64,000 nt of DNA from an uncultured Fidelibacterota bacterium (GCA_902599655.1 CACKGC010000002.1:13951-77950), one strand, 5' to 3'. Shown: positions 9,592 through 20,286, counted from the stretch's first letter. Notes: generated from the letters alone by a model not told the origin. Numbers and translations are program-made.

Positions 9592-10275
9592 ATGGAAGTT
9601 TATATTATAACGCCATTCCCTGATTCGATAAATATTCTAATCGAAAATAATATTGCCAATCAAGGGGTTAAAAAAGGTCTACTTAACATTGAGACAATTA
9701 ATCTCAGAGATTTCACCAAAGATAATTATAAAAAGATCGATGATGAGCCTTATGGAGGTGGAAGTGGAATGGTTATGATGTGCGAACCATTGTTTAGCGC
9801 TATTGAATATTGTATATCAAAGTCTCAAAAAAAACCTAAAATAATTTTTCCTTCTCCAAAAGGTAAAGTTTTAAATCATAAAATAAGCAGTGATCTAAGC
9901 AATGAAAGTTCATTAATTTTTATTTGTGGGCATTATAAAGGTGTTGATGAAAGAGTTATTGAAAAATATGTCGATTTAGAAATATCGATTGGCGATTTCA
10001 TCATTTCTAATGGCGAATTATCAACAATGATTATCTTTGATTCAATTGCACGATTAGTTCCAGGTGTTTTAAATGATTTAAATTCAGCAATGACTGATTC
10101 TTTTGTTGACGATTTACTAGATGCTCCTTATTTTACGCGGCCTAATGAAATTGATGGATTAAAAGTTCCAGAAGTATTATTATCTGGCGATCATAAGGCA
10201 ATTGAAAAATGGCGTAATGATAAAAAATTAGAAATTACAAAAGACAGAAGACCTGACCTTTTGGAGAAAGAATAA
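9592..10275 (+). CDS. trmD: tRNA (guanine-37-N1) methyltransferase
   Basis: [36 protein letters not shown]. Confidence 0.97.
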   Translation: MEVYIITPFPDSINILIENNIANQGVKKGLLNIETINLRDFTKDNYKKIDDEPYGGGSGMVMMCEPLFSAIEYCISKSQKKPKIIFPSPKGKVLNHKISSDLSNESSLIFICGHYKGVDERVIEKYVDLEISIGDFIISNGELSTMIIFDSIARLVPGVLNDLNSAMTDSFVDDLLDAPYFTRPNEIDGLKVPEVLLSGDHKAIEKWRNDKKLEITKDRRPDLLEKE

Positions 10276-10276
10276 A

Positions 10277-10597
10277 ATGAGTAATACACTAAGAGAAGAT
10301 ATACCGAATTTTAAAGCAGGAGACGTTCTTTCTATCTATGTTAATGTTAGAGAGGGACAAAAAGTGAGACAGCAGTTATTTAAGGGTACTGTTATCGCTC
10401 GAAAAGGCTCTGGTATTGCTGAAACAATTACTGTAAGAAAAATTTCTAATGGTATTGGAGTAGAAAGAATTTTTCCACTTCACTCTCCATCAATTGCATC
10501 TATAAAAGTTGATAGAGTAAATAAAGTAAGAAGAGCTAAATTGTACTATTTACGTGGATTGTCCGGTAAAGCTGCTCGTCTTGCAGAAAAGAAGTAA
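10277..10597 (+). CDS. rplS: 50S ribosomal protein L19
   Basis: [28 protein letters not shown]. Confidence 0.98.
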   Translation: MSNTLREDIPNFKAGDVLSIYVNVREGQKVRQQLFKGTVIARKGSGIAETITVRKISNGIGVERIFPLHSPSIASIKVDRVNKVRRAKLYYLRGLSGKAARLAEKK

Positions 10598-10600
10598 AGC

Positions 10601-11740
10601 TTGCCTTCTAGATCCATTCTATTTGTTCTAAGTTTATCTCACATGTCAAATCACATCATTATGATGTTGATTCCAAGTATGTATATTAATTTAATTGATT
10701 TTTTTTCTCTAAATGCAGCCCAAGTAGGGCTAATATTTGGTATTGTGAGTTTTTGTTTTGGTGTTGGTTCCCTTCCAATGTCTTTTTTGTACAATAAGTA
10801 CGGACCAAAAAAATTAATTGTATTCTCTCAATTGGGAATTTTATTTTCTGCGCTTTTAGTGAGTGTTTCAAATAGTGTACTAATGTTTTCACTAAGCAGT
10901 ATTCTATTGGGACTTTTCGCGAGCATTCATCATCCTGTTTCACTAACATTAATTTCAGAAACTTTTGACAAAAATATTGCAAAGGCAAATGCATTTCATG
11001 GAGTCTTTGGATCAATTGGTGTTTCTTTAGGTCCTCTAATATCATATTTTTCTTTATTGTATTTTAGTTGGCATTATGCATTTATTTTTACTGCAATTTT
11101 AAATGCTTTTTTATTGCCTCTTTCAATGAAGTTTATACCAAATACTGAAAAAATGGATATTATTAGCCCAAATGACTTTAGTGATAAAAAACAGAACTCA
11201 ATTTTATCAATTTTTTTTCTAATTTCATTTGTTGTAGGTTTATCATTTACAGTATTTAACACATTTATTCCTTCAGTGTTTAATTCAGAATTTGGCATGA
11301 ACGCAAATTCTATTGTATCAGCAATTATGTTAACAGGTTTTTTAGGGCAAATTCTATCAGGATATTTTGGAGATAAATTTGATAGAATTAAATTATTATC
11401 AACAGTTTTTCTCCTACTTCTTCCTTTATTCATATCAATAATTTTTGTCGGAAAAACATTGATTGTAATTGTTTCAATTCTTTTGGCAATTATTATGTAC
11501 TCAATTCAACCATTAATAAATTCCATAATTAAAGATATTACTCCACTAAGGATAAGATCGGTTGTCTTTGGTTTAAACTTTTTCTTAATGTTTGGTCTTT
11601 CAGGTTTAGCAGCATACTTAGGAGGATTAATAGCAGATAACTATAGCTTTAAATTAATTTTCCCTATATTTTCATTACTATTTCCTATTGGAGTATTATT
11701 ACTTTATTTATTGAATATGAAAAGAAAGGTTGAAGCATAA
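10601..11740 (+). CDS. MFS transporter
   Basis: About 12 hydrophobic segments; motif-A-like GYFGDKFDR; GLFASIHHP. Confidence 0.85.
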   Translation: MPSRSILFVLSLSHMSNHIIMMLIPSMYINLIDFFSLNAAQVGLIFGIVSFCFGVGSLPMSFLYNKYGPKKLIVFSQLGILFSALLVSVSNSVLMFSLSSILLGLFASIHHPVSLTLISETFDKNIAKANAFHGVFGSIGVSLGPLISYFSLLYFSWHYAFIFTAILNAFLLPLSMKFIPNTEKMDIISPNDFSDKKQNSILSIFFLISFVVGLSFTVFNTFIPSVFNSEFGMNANSIVSAIMLTGFLGQILSGYFGDKFDRIKLLSTVFLLLLPLFISIIFVGKTLIVIVSILLAIIMYSIQPLINSIIKDITPLRIRSVVFGLNFFLMFGLSGLAAYLGGLIADNYSFKLIFPIFSLLFPIGVLLLYLLNMKRKVEA

Positions 11741-12540
11741 TGTTAGTTAGTATGACAGGTTTTGGTTCTTCGAGCTACGAGGATTCCAGTCTTTCAATAA
11801 ATATTGAATTAAAATCTTTTAACTCAAGGTATTTCGAATTGAACACAAAATCCTTTGATTTGTCTGGTCCACTTGAATACAAGATTAGAAACTATTTAAA
11901 AAAACAATTATTGAGAGGTTCAGTTACATTGTTTATAAAAGTAGATTCAAAAGATACATTCAAATTTAATAGTCAAAAAACAGCGAGTGTTTTAAAAGCA
12001 TATAAAGAAATTGAAAAAAAGTACGATATTGATTTGAATTACAGCCAATTGCTAAGAAATAATGATATTTTAAGCTATGTACCACATAGTAATTCAATTC
12101 AAAAAAAGATTTTCTCATCATTAAAAATTGCAACAAAAGAATTGATTGATATGCGCAATAAAGAAGGAGCTATAATAGAAAAAGAATTTTATGGGTATTT
12201 GGATATAGCTAAAAAAGATCTATTGAAGATTGAAAAAATTCAAGAAAAAGTACATGCAAGTAAAATAAATTTAAATTCAAATAATGACGTAATTGATGAG
12301 ATAGAAAAGATTGATATTTCAGAAGAGATTGATAGAATTAATAGTCATTTAAGTCAGATATCTCAATCAATTAAATCAAAGCAATTATCTGGAAAAAAAA
12401 TTAATTTCATCTTACAGGAAATCAATAGAGAGTCTAATACAATATTATCTAAGTTTTTAGATAAAAGAGTATCTAAGCATGCAATAAGCTTAAAAATGCA
12501 AGCGGAAAAATTAAGAGAACAAATAGGAAATATTTTATGA
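11740..12540 (+). CDS. yicC: YicC/YloC family endoribonuclease
   Basis: SMTGFG, ELKSFNSRY, DISEEIDR, QEINRESNT, EKLREQ; precedes gmk. Confidence 0.9.
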   Translation: MLVSMTGFGSSSYEDSSLSINIELKSFNSRYFELNTKSFDLSGPLEYKIRNYLKKQLLRGSVTLFIKVDSKDTFKFNSQKTASVLKAYKEIEKKYDIDLNYSQLLRNNDILSYVPHSNSIQKKIFSSLKIATKELIDMRNKEGAIIEKEFYGYLDIAKKDLLKIEKIQEKVHASKINLNSNNDVIDEIEKIDISEEIDRINSHLSQISQSIKSKQLSGKKINFILQEINRESNTILSKFLDKRVSKHAISLKMQAEKLREQIGNIL

Positions 12541-13097
12541 AAAATTTTATCATTATTTCCGGATCATCAGGCTCAGGTAAAACTACTCTGTTAGAATTAC
12601 TTTCAAGAGATTTAAACATTGAAATTTCTGTTTCATATACAACTAGAAATAAAAGAAAGTATGAAATTGATGGTGTCCACTATAATTTTATAAATAAAGA
12701 ACAATTTGAAAAAATGATCGAAGAAAACCTATTTCTTGAGTATGAAAATGTTCATGGAGATTTATACGGCACTGCACTAAGTAGCTTGGAACAGTATATT
12801 GATAATAATAAGCATTTATTTTTTGAGCTAGATGTTAATGGGGCAGTTAGTTTAATGAATTATTATCCAAGCAATACTATATCGATTTTTTTATCACCTC
12901 CCAATATTGAGGAACTAAGAAAAAGATTAGTTTTAAGATCAACAGAAACTGAAGATGAAATTAATAAAAGATTAAGCAGGTTTGAAGAAGAGGATAACTT
13001 AAAAAAAGAATTTGACTATAATCTTATTAATGATAACTTCGAAACCACGTTTGAAAAAATTAAAGAAATTATAAATAGACACAAAAAAGAGGATTAA
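12537..13097 (+). CDS. gmk: Guanylate kinase
   Basis: SGSSGSGKTT, SYTTR, EIDGVHYNF, YGT. Confidence 0.96.
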   Translation: MKNFIIISGSSGSGKTTLLELLSRDLNIEISVSYTTRNKRKYEIDGVHYNFINKEQFEKMIEENLFLEYENVHGDLYGTALSSLEQYIDNNKHLFFELDVNGAVSLMNYYPSNTISIFLSPPNIEELRKRLVLRSTETEDEINKRLSRFEEEDNLKKEFDYNLINDNFETTFEKIKEIINRHKKED

Positions 13098-13098
13098 A

Positions 13099-13386
13099 AT
13101 GGCTGTAGACCCAATTTCGTTTAGCAAGCTTTTAAGAAAGACAGATGATATTTATGAAGCTGTTGTTGTCTCATCAAAAAGAGCAAAACAAATTCTTCAA
13201 GATAGAATTGTTAAGCAAATGATTGATGAAAATGAAGAAATTTCTGAAGATGGTATTCTTGCAGAGCCTGTTATTAGAGAAAATATTGATTTTGACAAGG
13301 AAGAAAAAGTCACCTCTGTTGCCTTAGATGAGTTCTTAGACGGTGATATTGATTGGAATAAGACCGAAGAATCAATTGAGCACTAA
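13099..13386 (+). CDS. rpoZ: RNA polymerase omega subunit
   Basis: DIYEAVVVSSKRAKQI ... VALDEF; follows gmk. Confidence 0.85.
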   Translation: MAVDPISFSKLLRKTDDIYEAVVVSSKRAKQILQDRIVKQMIDENEEISEDGILAEPVIRENIDFDKEEKVTSVALDEFLDGDIDWNKTEESIEH

Positions 13387-14149
13387 ATCTTTTAAAAAGA
13401 CATTTATCAATCAAAATAAGCAGTTGTTCGGTAATGAGATATATCTCAACCAACTCTCAAATTTAAATATTCAAAAAAAAGTTAAGATTCATGATTCATG
13501 GTATTCTGAACTTAAGGAAGAATTTGAAAAGAAGTATTGGATAGAGCTTTCTGCCAAGGTCAGAAATTCTTACAAAAATAAAACTATTTATCCAAAACCT
13601 TCCTTAATGTTTAATGCTTTTAATTCGACGCATTTAAACAATGTAAAGGTGGTAATAATTGGACAGGATCCATATCACGGTCAAGGTCAGGCAAACGGTT
13701 TGTCGTTTAGTGTAAATGACGGTATTGCAATTCCGCCATCGCTTTTGAATATTTTTAAAGAACTAGAATCCGATCTAAATATACCAATTCCTAATTCAGG
13801 AAATTTACAATCATGGGCCGATCAAGGAGTTTTACTTTTAAATACCGTCTTAACTGTAGAAAAAGATAATGCAAATTCTCATAAAGACTTGGGATGGGAG
13901 ATCTTTACAAAAAAGACAATCGAAATAGTTTCTTCTAAGTTAGAAAACATAGTTTTCATTTTATGGGGTAAACAAGCACACTTAATTGAAGATGTAATTG
14001 ACACATCTAAGCATTATATAATCACTTCAGTTCATCCTTCACCTCTATCAGCTCATAGAGGATTTTTTGGATCAAATCCATTTTCTAAGACTAATAAGTT
14101 TTTAAAGTCTAAAGGCATTAAGCCCATTAATTGGATATTAAATAAATAA
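13376..14149 (+). CDS. ung: Uracil-DNA glycosylase, family 1, with N-terminal extension (start uncertain; in-frame TTG at 13376 chosen)
   Basis: VVIIGQDPYHG, GLSFSV, PPSL, GVLLLN, HPSPLS. Confidence 0.93.
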   Translation: MSTKSFKKTFINQNKQLFGNEIYLNQLSNLNIQKKVKIHDSWYSELKEEFEKKYWIELSAKVRNSYKNKTIYPKPSLMFNAFNSTHLNNVKVVIIGQDPYHGQGQANGLSFSVNDGIAIPPSLLNIFKELESDLNIPIPNSGNLQSWADQGVLLLNTVLTVEKDNANSHKDLGWEIFTKKTIEIVSSKLENIVFILWGKQAHLIEDVIDTSKHYIITSVHPSPLSAHRGFFGSNPFSKTNKFLKSKGIKPINWILNK

Positions 14150-14230
14150 TCCTGTTATCAAGGATTAGCTTGTCAGATTATTAAAACATCATTAATCTAT
14201 TAAAATATAAAATTTCAATTGTTGAAAGAG

Positions 14231-14239
14231 TGTGGATAA
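14231..14239 (-). promoter_or_regulatory. Consensus DnaA box just upstream of dnaB
   Basis: TGTGGATAA = reverse complement of TTATCCACA, 6 nt before the dnaB ATG. Confidence 0.5.
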
Positions 14240-14245
14240 ATAAAA

Positions 14246-15589
14246 ATGGCCGAAAATAAAAAAACTGAAGGTTTAAATTTACAACCTCAGGCGCTTGAAG
14301 CTGAAGAAGCAGTATTGGGATCAATGATGATTGATGAAGATGCTGCAAATAAGGCTATAAGCATCTTAGGTTCAAGTCATTATTTCTATAAAGATTCTCA
14401 TAAAAAAATCTTTGAAGCAATGCTCGTTTTAATGAATAATAGCGACCCAATTGATACAGTTTCTGTATCTGATGAACTTAAAAAAGGTAAAAACTTGAAA
14501 TCAGTCGGAGGAATTTATTATTTAACTGGTTTAGTTGACAAAGTGCCAACGTCTGCAAGAGTCGAAACTTATGCTGAAATCGTTAAAGAAAAGGGTATGT
14601 TAAGAGACTTGATTACAACTTCACATGAAATTTCTAAAAAAGCTTTAGATGCTGGAGATTCTGTTGGATCAATTCTTGATGAAGCTGAACAGTCAATTTT
14701 TAGTTTAACGGAACAGAAAGATTCAAAAATTTATCAACATATTGAACCAATTCTTTCAAGCACAGTTAAGAGAATAGAAAATATGGCTGCAAATCCAGGA
14801 TCAATAATTGGAGTCCCATCAGGTATTATTGATTTAGACAAGTTGACAGCAGGATTTCAGAACGGTGATTTAATTATTTTGGCAGGAAGGCCTTCTATGG
14901 GAAAAACTGCTTTGGCATTGACTATTGCTAGAAATGCAGCAATTGAAAATAAATCTGCAACTGCAATATTTAGTTTAGAAATGTCAAGTGATCAACTTGG
15001 ACAAAGATTATTAACGTCCGAAGCTAGAGTAGATAATGCTCTTGTAAGAAGAGGAAGTCCTAATATAAAATGGAAAAATATTAATATTGCTTCAGGAAAA
15101 CTTGCTCAAGCTCCTCTTTACATAGATGATACACCTGCATTGTCAATATTAGATTTAAGATCAAGAGCTAGAAGATTAAAAAGAGAAAGAAATATCGAAC
15201 TGCTTATTGTTGATTACTTACAGCTAATGCAAGGTCCAAAAAATTCTGAGAATAGACAGAATGAAATTTCACAAATTACTCAATCTCTTAAAGCTTTAGC
15301 TAAAGAATTAGACATTCCAGTAATTGCGCTTTCACAGCTTTCTAGAGCAGTCGAGCAAAGAACGAAAAAAGAACCAATGCTTTCAGATTTAAGAGAAAGT
15401 GGTGCAATTGAACAAGATGCTGATGTTGTAATATTCCTTTACAGACCAGCAGTATACGATAAAGATGATCAAGATTTGAAAGGTCTTGCTTATTTAATTG
15501 TAGCAAAACAAAGAAATGGTCCAACTGGAAGAGTCACTGCAACGTTTATAGATACGTATGCAAGATTTGATAATCATCAAGAGTTTTAA
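14246..15589 (+). CDS. dnaB: Replicative DNA helicase
   Basis: AEEAVLG, AGRPSMGKT, FSLEM, VDYLQLM, SQLSR, DLRESGAIEQDAD, KQRNGP; no intein. Confidence 0.98.
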   Translation: MAENKKTEGLNLQPQALEAEEAVLGSMMIDEDAANKAISILGSSHYFYKDSHKKIFEAMLVLMNNSDPIDTVSVSDELKKGKNLKSVGGIYYLTGLVDKVPTSARVETYAEIVKEKGMLRDLITTSHEISKKALDAGDSVGSILDEAEQSIFSLTEQKDSKIYQHIEPILSSTVKRIENMAANPGSIIGVPSGIIDLDKLTAGFQNGDLIILAGRPSMGKTALALTIARNAAIENKSATAIFSLEMSSDQLGQRLLTSEARVDNALVRRGSPNIKWKNINIASGKLAQAPLYIDDTPALSILDLRSRARRLKRERNIELLIVDYLQLMQGPKNSENRQNEISQITQSLKALAKELDIPVIALSQLSRAVEQRTKKEPMLSDLRESGAIEQDADVVIFLYRPAVYDKDDQDLKGLAYLIVAKQRNGPTGRVTATFIDTYARFDNHQEF

Positions 15590-15592
15590 AAT

Positions 15593-17755
15593 ATGAGCAG
15601 TAATGTTATTAAAAATAATGACGAGGTTATTGCTGATAAAGGTAAAGCTCTTCTAAAAAGAATTCCTACTAAAAAAAACAGAAAGCAAGTTGAAAATGCA
15701 CTTGAATATTCTATTAAAATGCATGAGGGTCAAGTAAGAAAGTCTGGACTTCCTTTTGTAAGTCACTGTATTGATGTTGCTAATATTTTAATTGATTGGA
15801 ATATGGATTATACAACAGTTGTAAGTGCTTTATTGCACGATGTTGTTGAAGATACTGAAGTAAAATTATCTGATATTGAAGAAGAGTTTGGTTCTGATGT
15901 TGCTTCTCTTGTTGATGGTGTTACAAAGGTTGAAAATATTGCTTTTAGATCTAAAGAGCATAAACAAGCAGAAAATTTCACCAAATTATTTCTTTCTCTT
16001 GCAAGAGATTTGAGAGTAATTATTATAAAGTTTGCAGATAGACTAAATAATATGGAAACAATTCAATATTTATCTTCAAATAAAAGAAAAGAAATTGCAT
16101 TAGAAACAAAAGAAATATTTGTGCCTTTAGCGCATAGATTGGGAATGGCGAAGTTAAAGTGGCAATTAGAAGATTTGTCATTAAAATGTTTAGATTTAAG
16201 AGCCTTCAATAGTATTAAAAAGAAAATTGAGACCTCAACTAGATTAAATGAGGATATTTTATCTAATGCAATAAGACCAATTAAGGCTGAACTAAGTTCA
16301 TATAAAATTAAATCTAATATTTTTGGTAGATATAAATCAATTTCATCCATTCATAGAAAAATTGAAAATAGAGGTAAAAAGTTTGAAGATATCTATGACT
16401 TGTATGCAATAAGAATCATAGTTAATAAAATTGAGGAATGTTACCTCGCTCTTGGTGTAATTCACAGTATTTATCCTCCATTGCAAGATCGATTTAAAGA
16501 CTTTATAGCAACCCCAAAAACCAATGGATACCAATCAATCCATACAACAGTATTAACTAAAGATAATAGGCTTACAGAATTTCAGATTCGAACAAAGGAT
16601 ATGGATCATACTGCTGAAGTTGGTGTTGCTGCACATTGGCTTTATAAGGGTAATGACGAGATAGGGGAATTTGATTCACAAGTATCATGGTTAAGAGATT
16701 TATTATCTATGCTTAATAGTGATAGTTCAGAACCCGAAGAATTAATGGATTTATTAAAAATAGATATGTTTGAAGACGAAATATTTGTTTTTACGCCAAG
16801 AGGAGACTTGATAAAACTTCCTGTAAATTCAACCCCATTAGATTTTGCATTTGCTATACATGGAGGTCTTGGTTTTACAACAGTTCGATCAAAAGTAAAC
16901 AAAAAGTTGGTTCCTCTAAGCTACAGCTTAAAAAGCGGAGATATAGTTGAGATAGAAACAAATAAAAATCAAACTCCAAACAGTGGATGGTTAAAGTTTG
17001 TCAAAACTTCAAGAGCAAAGCATGAAATATCGAAATATTTAAGAAAAATTGAACTTGAAGAAAGCATTAAGATTGGAAACGAGATTTTAGAGAAATCCTT
17101 AAGAAAATTAAAGATTTTAGATAGATTGAATGAGTTTAAAAAGGGGTATTCGTTAGCAGGTTTTAAAACTTTGAATAACATGCTTTCTGATATAGGTAGA
17201 GGGGGAGTAATTATTAAAGATGTGATTCCAAAAATTTTCCCTGATTTACAGAAAAATTTATCAAAAGAAATTGATCAAACTGAGTTTGTAGACTCGGCAA
17301 GATCAGATGTTGACGGAATAAATTTAGATGGTTTAAAGAACTTAGTTGTTAGTTATGGTAAATGTTGTAATCCAATACCTGGAGACGATGTTATAGGTTA
17401 TATTTCAAGAGGAAGAGGACTAATTGTACATGAATTATCTTGCACAAATTTATCTTCTCTATCTTCCAAGCAAGACAGATTAGTATCTGTTAATTGGAAT
17501 GCTAAAGAAAATTTGGCTTTTCGTTCAAAAATTCATATAACTTGCATTGATACTGCTGGAATGTTAAATGAAATCGCAAATATTATTTCAAAGAATAATG
17601 TAAATATGGTTGACGTATCAACTGATGTAACGGAAGGTGGAATTGCAAATATCTGGATCATTTGTAAAGTTCAAAGTAGAGCAAAGCTTAATTCTGTTAT
17701 TAAAGACATTCAAAAACTAAAAAATGTTGACTCAGTTGAGCGTGTACATGACTGA
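15593..17755 (+). CDS. rel: Bifunctional (p)ppGpp synthetase/hydrolase (long RSH)
   Basis: Intact HD (LLHDVVED), KFADRL, RFKD, NGYQSIHT, TGS domain, CCNPIPGD, ACT domain. Confidence 0.95.
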   Translation: MSSNVIKNNDEVIADKGKALLKRIPTKKNRKQVENALEYSIKMHEGQVRKSGLPFVSHCIDVANILIDWNMDYTTVVSALLHDVVEDTEVKLSDIEEEFGSDVASLVDGVTKVENIAFRSKEHKQAENFTKLFLSLARDLRVIIIKFADRLNNMETIQYLSSNKRKEIALETKEIFVPLAHRLGMAKLKWQLEDLSLKCLDLRAFNSIKKKIETSTRLNEDILSNAIRPIKAELSSYKIKSNIFGRYKSISSIHRKIENRGKKFEDIYDLYAIRIIVNKIEECYLALGVIHSIYPPLQDRFKDFIATPKTNGYQSIHTTVLTKDNRLTEFQIRTKDMDHTAEVGVAAHWLYKGNDEIGEFDSQVSWLRDLLSMLNSDSSEPEELMDLLKIDMFEDEIFVFTPRGDLIKLPVNSTPLDFAFAIHGGLGFTTVRSKVNKKLVPLSYSLKSGDIVEIETNKNQTPNSGWLKFVKTSRAKHEISKYLRKIELEESIKIGNEILEKSLRKLKILDRLNEFKKGYSLAGFKTLNNMLSDIGRGGVIIKDVIPKIFPDLQKNLSKEIDQTEFVDSARSDVDGINLDGLKNLVVSYGKCCNPIPGDDVIGYISRGRGLIVHELSCTNLSSLSSKQDRLVSVNWNAKENLAFRSKIHITCIDTAGMLNEIANIISKNNVNMVDVSTDVTEGGIANIWIICKVQSRAKLNSVIKDIQKLKNVDSVERVHD

Positions 17756-18164
17756 TCGATTGATAGGTATAGATTTTGGTCTTTCCAAAGTAGGATTATC
17801 AATTTCAGATCCATTGAAAATTATTTCAATTCCACTTAAAGTAATTAAATATAAAAAAAGGGAAGAACTTTTAAGTAAGCTACAAGAAATTGCAATGGAA
17901 AATGATGTTAAATCTTTTGTAATTGGTTATCCGCTAAATATGAATAATAAAAAAAATGAAATGACAAAATTAGTCGATGATTTTTTTGAAGAGCTTAAAA
18001 ATTTAAATTTTAATGTTTTCCTTCAGGATGAAAGACTTTCGAGCGAATCTGCAAAAAAGATTATGCATGAACAGAACCTAAAGACTGGAAAAAATAAAGA
18101 GCATATAGATTTAATTGCATCAACAATAATATTGCAATCATTTTTAGATAAAGGTTCCTTTTGA
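17748..18164 (+). CDS. ruvX: YqgF/RuvX pre-16S rRNA nuclease
   Basis: IGIDFG, GLSISD, VIGYP, DERLSS, IILQSFLD; start moved to ATG 17748. Confidence 0.92.
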   Translation: MTDRLIGIDFGLSKVGLSISDPLKIISIPLKVIKYKKREELLSKLQEIAMENDVKSFVIGYPLNMNNKKNEMTKLVDDFFEELKNLNFNVFLQDERLSSESAKKIMHEQNLKTGKNKEHIDLIASTIILQSFLDKGSF

Positions 18165-19549
18165 TAGCTAAAAAAAATTTAATGTTTTCTTTAATGAGTG
18201 GACTAATGTTAGGTCTTTCATTTCCACCTTTTCATTTGGGTTTTTTAGCTTGGTTTTTCTTGATTCCACTTTTTTTTATTTTTAATAAATCAATTAAGCT
18301 TTCAGAAAAGATAATATTTTTCTATATAGCAGGTTTTACGAGCTATGCGATAATAACACACTGGGTAGCTCTAAATTCAGGAACTAGTGTTCAGGTTGCA
18401 ATTATTTCTTATTTAGCCATATGTATTTTTTATTCATTTTATTGGGTTTTATTTTGCTTGATACTACACTTTTTTAAGAAAAGAAAATTATCAGATAAAA
18501 TTCAGTTATTATTAATTCCTTTTATTTGGGTTTTAATTGAAAATTTAAGAGATATCGGCCCCTTGGCCGCCCCTTGGTTGAATTTTTCTCTTAGTCAAAC
18601 AGGGTACAATAGATTGATTCAAATTGTAAGTATTCACGAAGATCTATCTTTATTTTTTATTGTTCTGCTAAATATTCTTTTTTATAAGTTTATTTCATTA
18701 AAACAAAAAAAATATATTTATAGTTTTATATCAGTTATACTTATTAACGCTCTAATTGGTCAAATATTAATTTCAAATTACAATTCAACAAATTTTCAAA
18801 AACAGATTAATGTTTCAATTGGACAGCCTGTGATTTATCCAGATGAAAAATGGAATCCAAAATTAAAAAATAGAAATGAAAATATAATGAATGATCTTTT
18901 AGAGAAATCTTTAGAATCAAATCCAGATGTCATTGTTTGGCCTGAAGCTGCTTTGACATCATTCTTAGCTGCTCCTGATTCAAAGGAAAGAATTGAACTA
19001 CAGGAAAAAATTACAGATTCAGTTCTTATAACTGGTATTCCTCAAAGAATGTATTTGGAAAATGAGCTTAAAGTTTATAATAGTGCAATTTTTTTAAGAC
19101 CAGATGGATTCTATGATACTTATCAAAAAATCTTTTTAGTTCCATTTGCAGAATATGTCCCTTTTTTTAAAAACTGGTTATCAAAAATAAATCAGTTTGA
19201 TGATATGGGAAGTTTCACTCCAGGAGAAAGCTTTAATACATTTCAAATTGGGGACATTAAATCATCTATTTTAATTTGTTATGATTCGAGCAGCTTCAAA
19301 ATTGGAAAAAAAATGGTGAACAAAGGAGCTGAAATAATTTTTGTAATAACTAATGACTCTTATGTTGGTAAAGCTATGCCATATCAACATTTTGAACATG
19401 CAAAATTGCGTTCAATTGAATTAGGAGTGCCGGTCGTTCAAAGCGCTAATAATGGAATATCTGGTATTATTTTGCCTTCTGGTGAAGTTTTAGTTAGATC
19501 AGAAATTGATGATAGAAATGTATATAATAAAATTATAAAGATTAAATGA
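18161..19549 (+). CDS. lnt: Apolipoprotein N-acyltransferase
   Basis: TM N-terminus; nitrilase triad WPE / KIFLVPFAEY / ICYD; ANNGIS. Confidence 0.93.
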   Translation: MIAKKNLMFSLMSGLMLGLSFPPFHLGFLAWFFLIPLFFIFNKSIKLSEKIIFFYIAGFTSYAIITHWVALNSGTSVQVAIISYLAICIFYSFYWVLFCLILHFFKKRKLSDKIQLLLIPFIWVLIENLRDIGPLAAPWLNFSLSQTGYNRLIQIVSIHEDLSLFFIVLLNILFYKFISLKQKKYIYSFISVILINALIGQILISNYNSTNFQKQINVSIGQPVIYPDEKWNPKLKNRNENIMNDLLEKSLESNPDVIVWPEAALTSFLAAPDSKERIELQEKITDSVLITGIPQRMYLENELKVYNSAIFLRPDGFYDTYQKIFLVPFAEYVPFFKNWLSKINQFDDMGSFTPGESFNTFQIGDIKSSILICYDSSSFKIGKKMVNKGAEIIFVITNDSYVGKAMPYQHFEHAKLRSIELGVPVVQSANNGISGIILPSGEVLVRSEIDDRNVYNKIIKIK

Positions 19550-20286
19550 GTAGATATAAAATTGTAATTCAATATGATGGAACTAACTTTTCAGGCTTTC
19601 AGTCACAAAAAAATCTAAGCGGAATCCAAGATAAAATTGAATCCTCAATCTTTGTCTTAAATAATAATAAAAAAGTTAAGATTTATGGTGCAAGCAGAAC
19701 TGATGCTGGTGTACATGCATTAGGTCAAGTTGCTCATTTTAATTTAGATTCTAAGTTAACTGACAAAGAGTTACATCGAGCAATAAATGCCAGACTTGAT
19801 AAAGAAATAAGAATATCCCATTTGTCAAAAATTGAAGAAAGTTTTCACAGTAGGTTTGATGCAAAAAGTAAAGAGTATAACTATTTATGTTGTTTAAGTG
19901 ATAATCCTCTTTATTTGAAAGATCATTATCATGTAAAGAATATTGATATAAAATTATTAATGGAAGTATCAAAAATAATTGAAGGTAAACACAATTTTTT
20001 ATCTTTCTCTAAATTTTCAAACAAACAAAATAACGATTGTGAAATATTTGCTTCAAAATGGGTTTTTGATGATAAAAATCATGAAAAACTATTATATATT
20101 ATTCATGGAAATAGATTTTTACATCATATGGTAAGATATTTAGTTGGAAGCATGATTGCAGTTAGTCAAAATAAAATTTCAATTGATGATTTTAAGACTT
20201 TGTTAAATCAACCTAGAAAAGATGCAAAAATATTTAAAGCTCCAGGCAATGGATTAGTATTGAAAGAAATTTTTTATGAAAATTAA
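19546..20286 (+). CDS. truA: tRNA pseudouridine(38-40) synthase
   Basis: YDGTNFSGFQ, ASRTDAGVHALGQ, FHSRF, FLHHMVR. Confidence 0.96.
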   Translation: MSRYKIVIQYDGTNFSGFQSQKNLSGIQDKIESSIFVLNNNKKVKIYGASRTDAGVHALGQVAHFNLDSKLTDKELHRAINARLDKEIRISHLSKIEESFHSRFDAKSKEYNYLCCLSDNPLYLKDHYHVKNIDIKLLMEVSKIIEGKHNFLSFSKFSNKQNNDCEIFASKWVFDDKNHEKLLYIIHGNRFLHHMVRYLVGSMIAVSQNKISIDDFKTLLNQPRKDAKIFKAPGNGLVLKEIFYEN

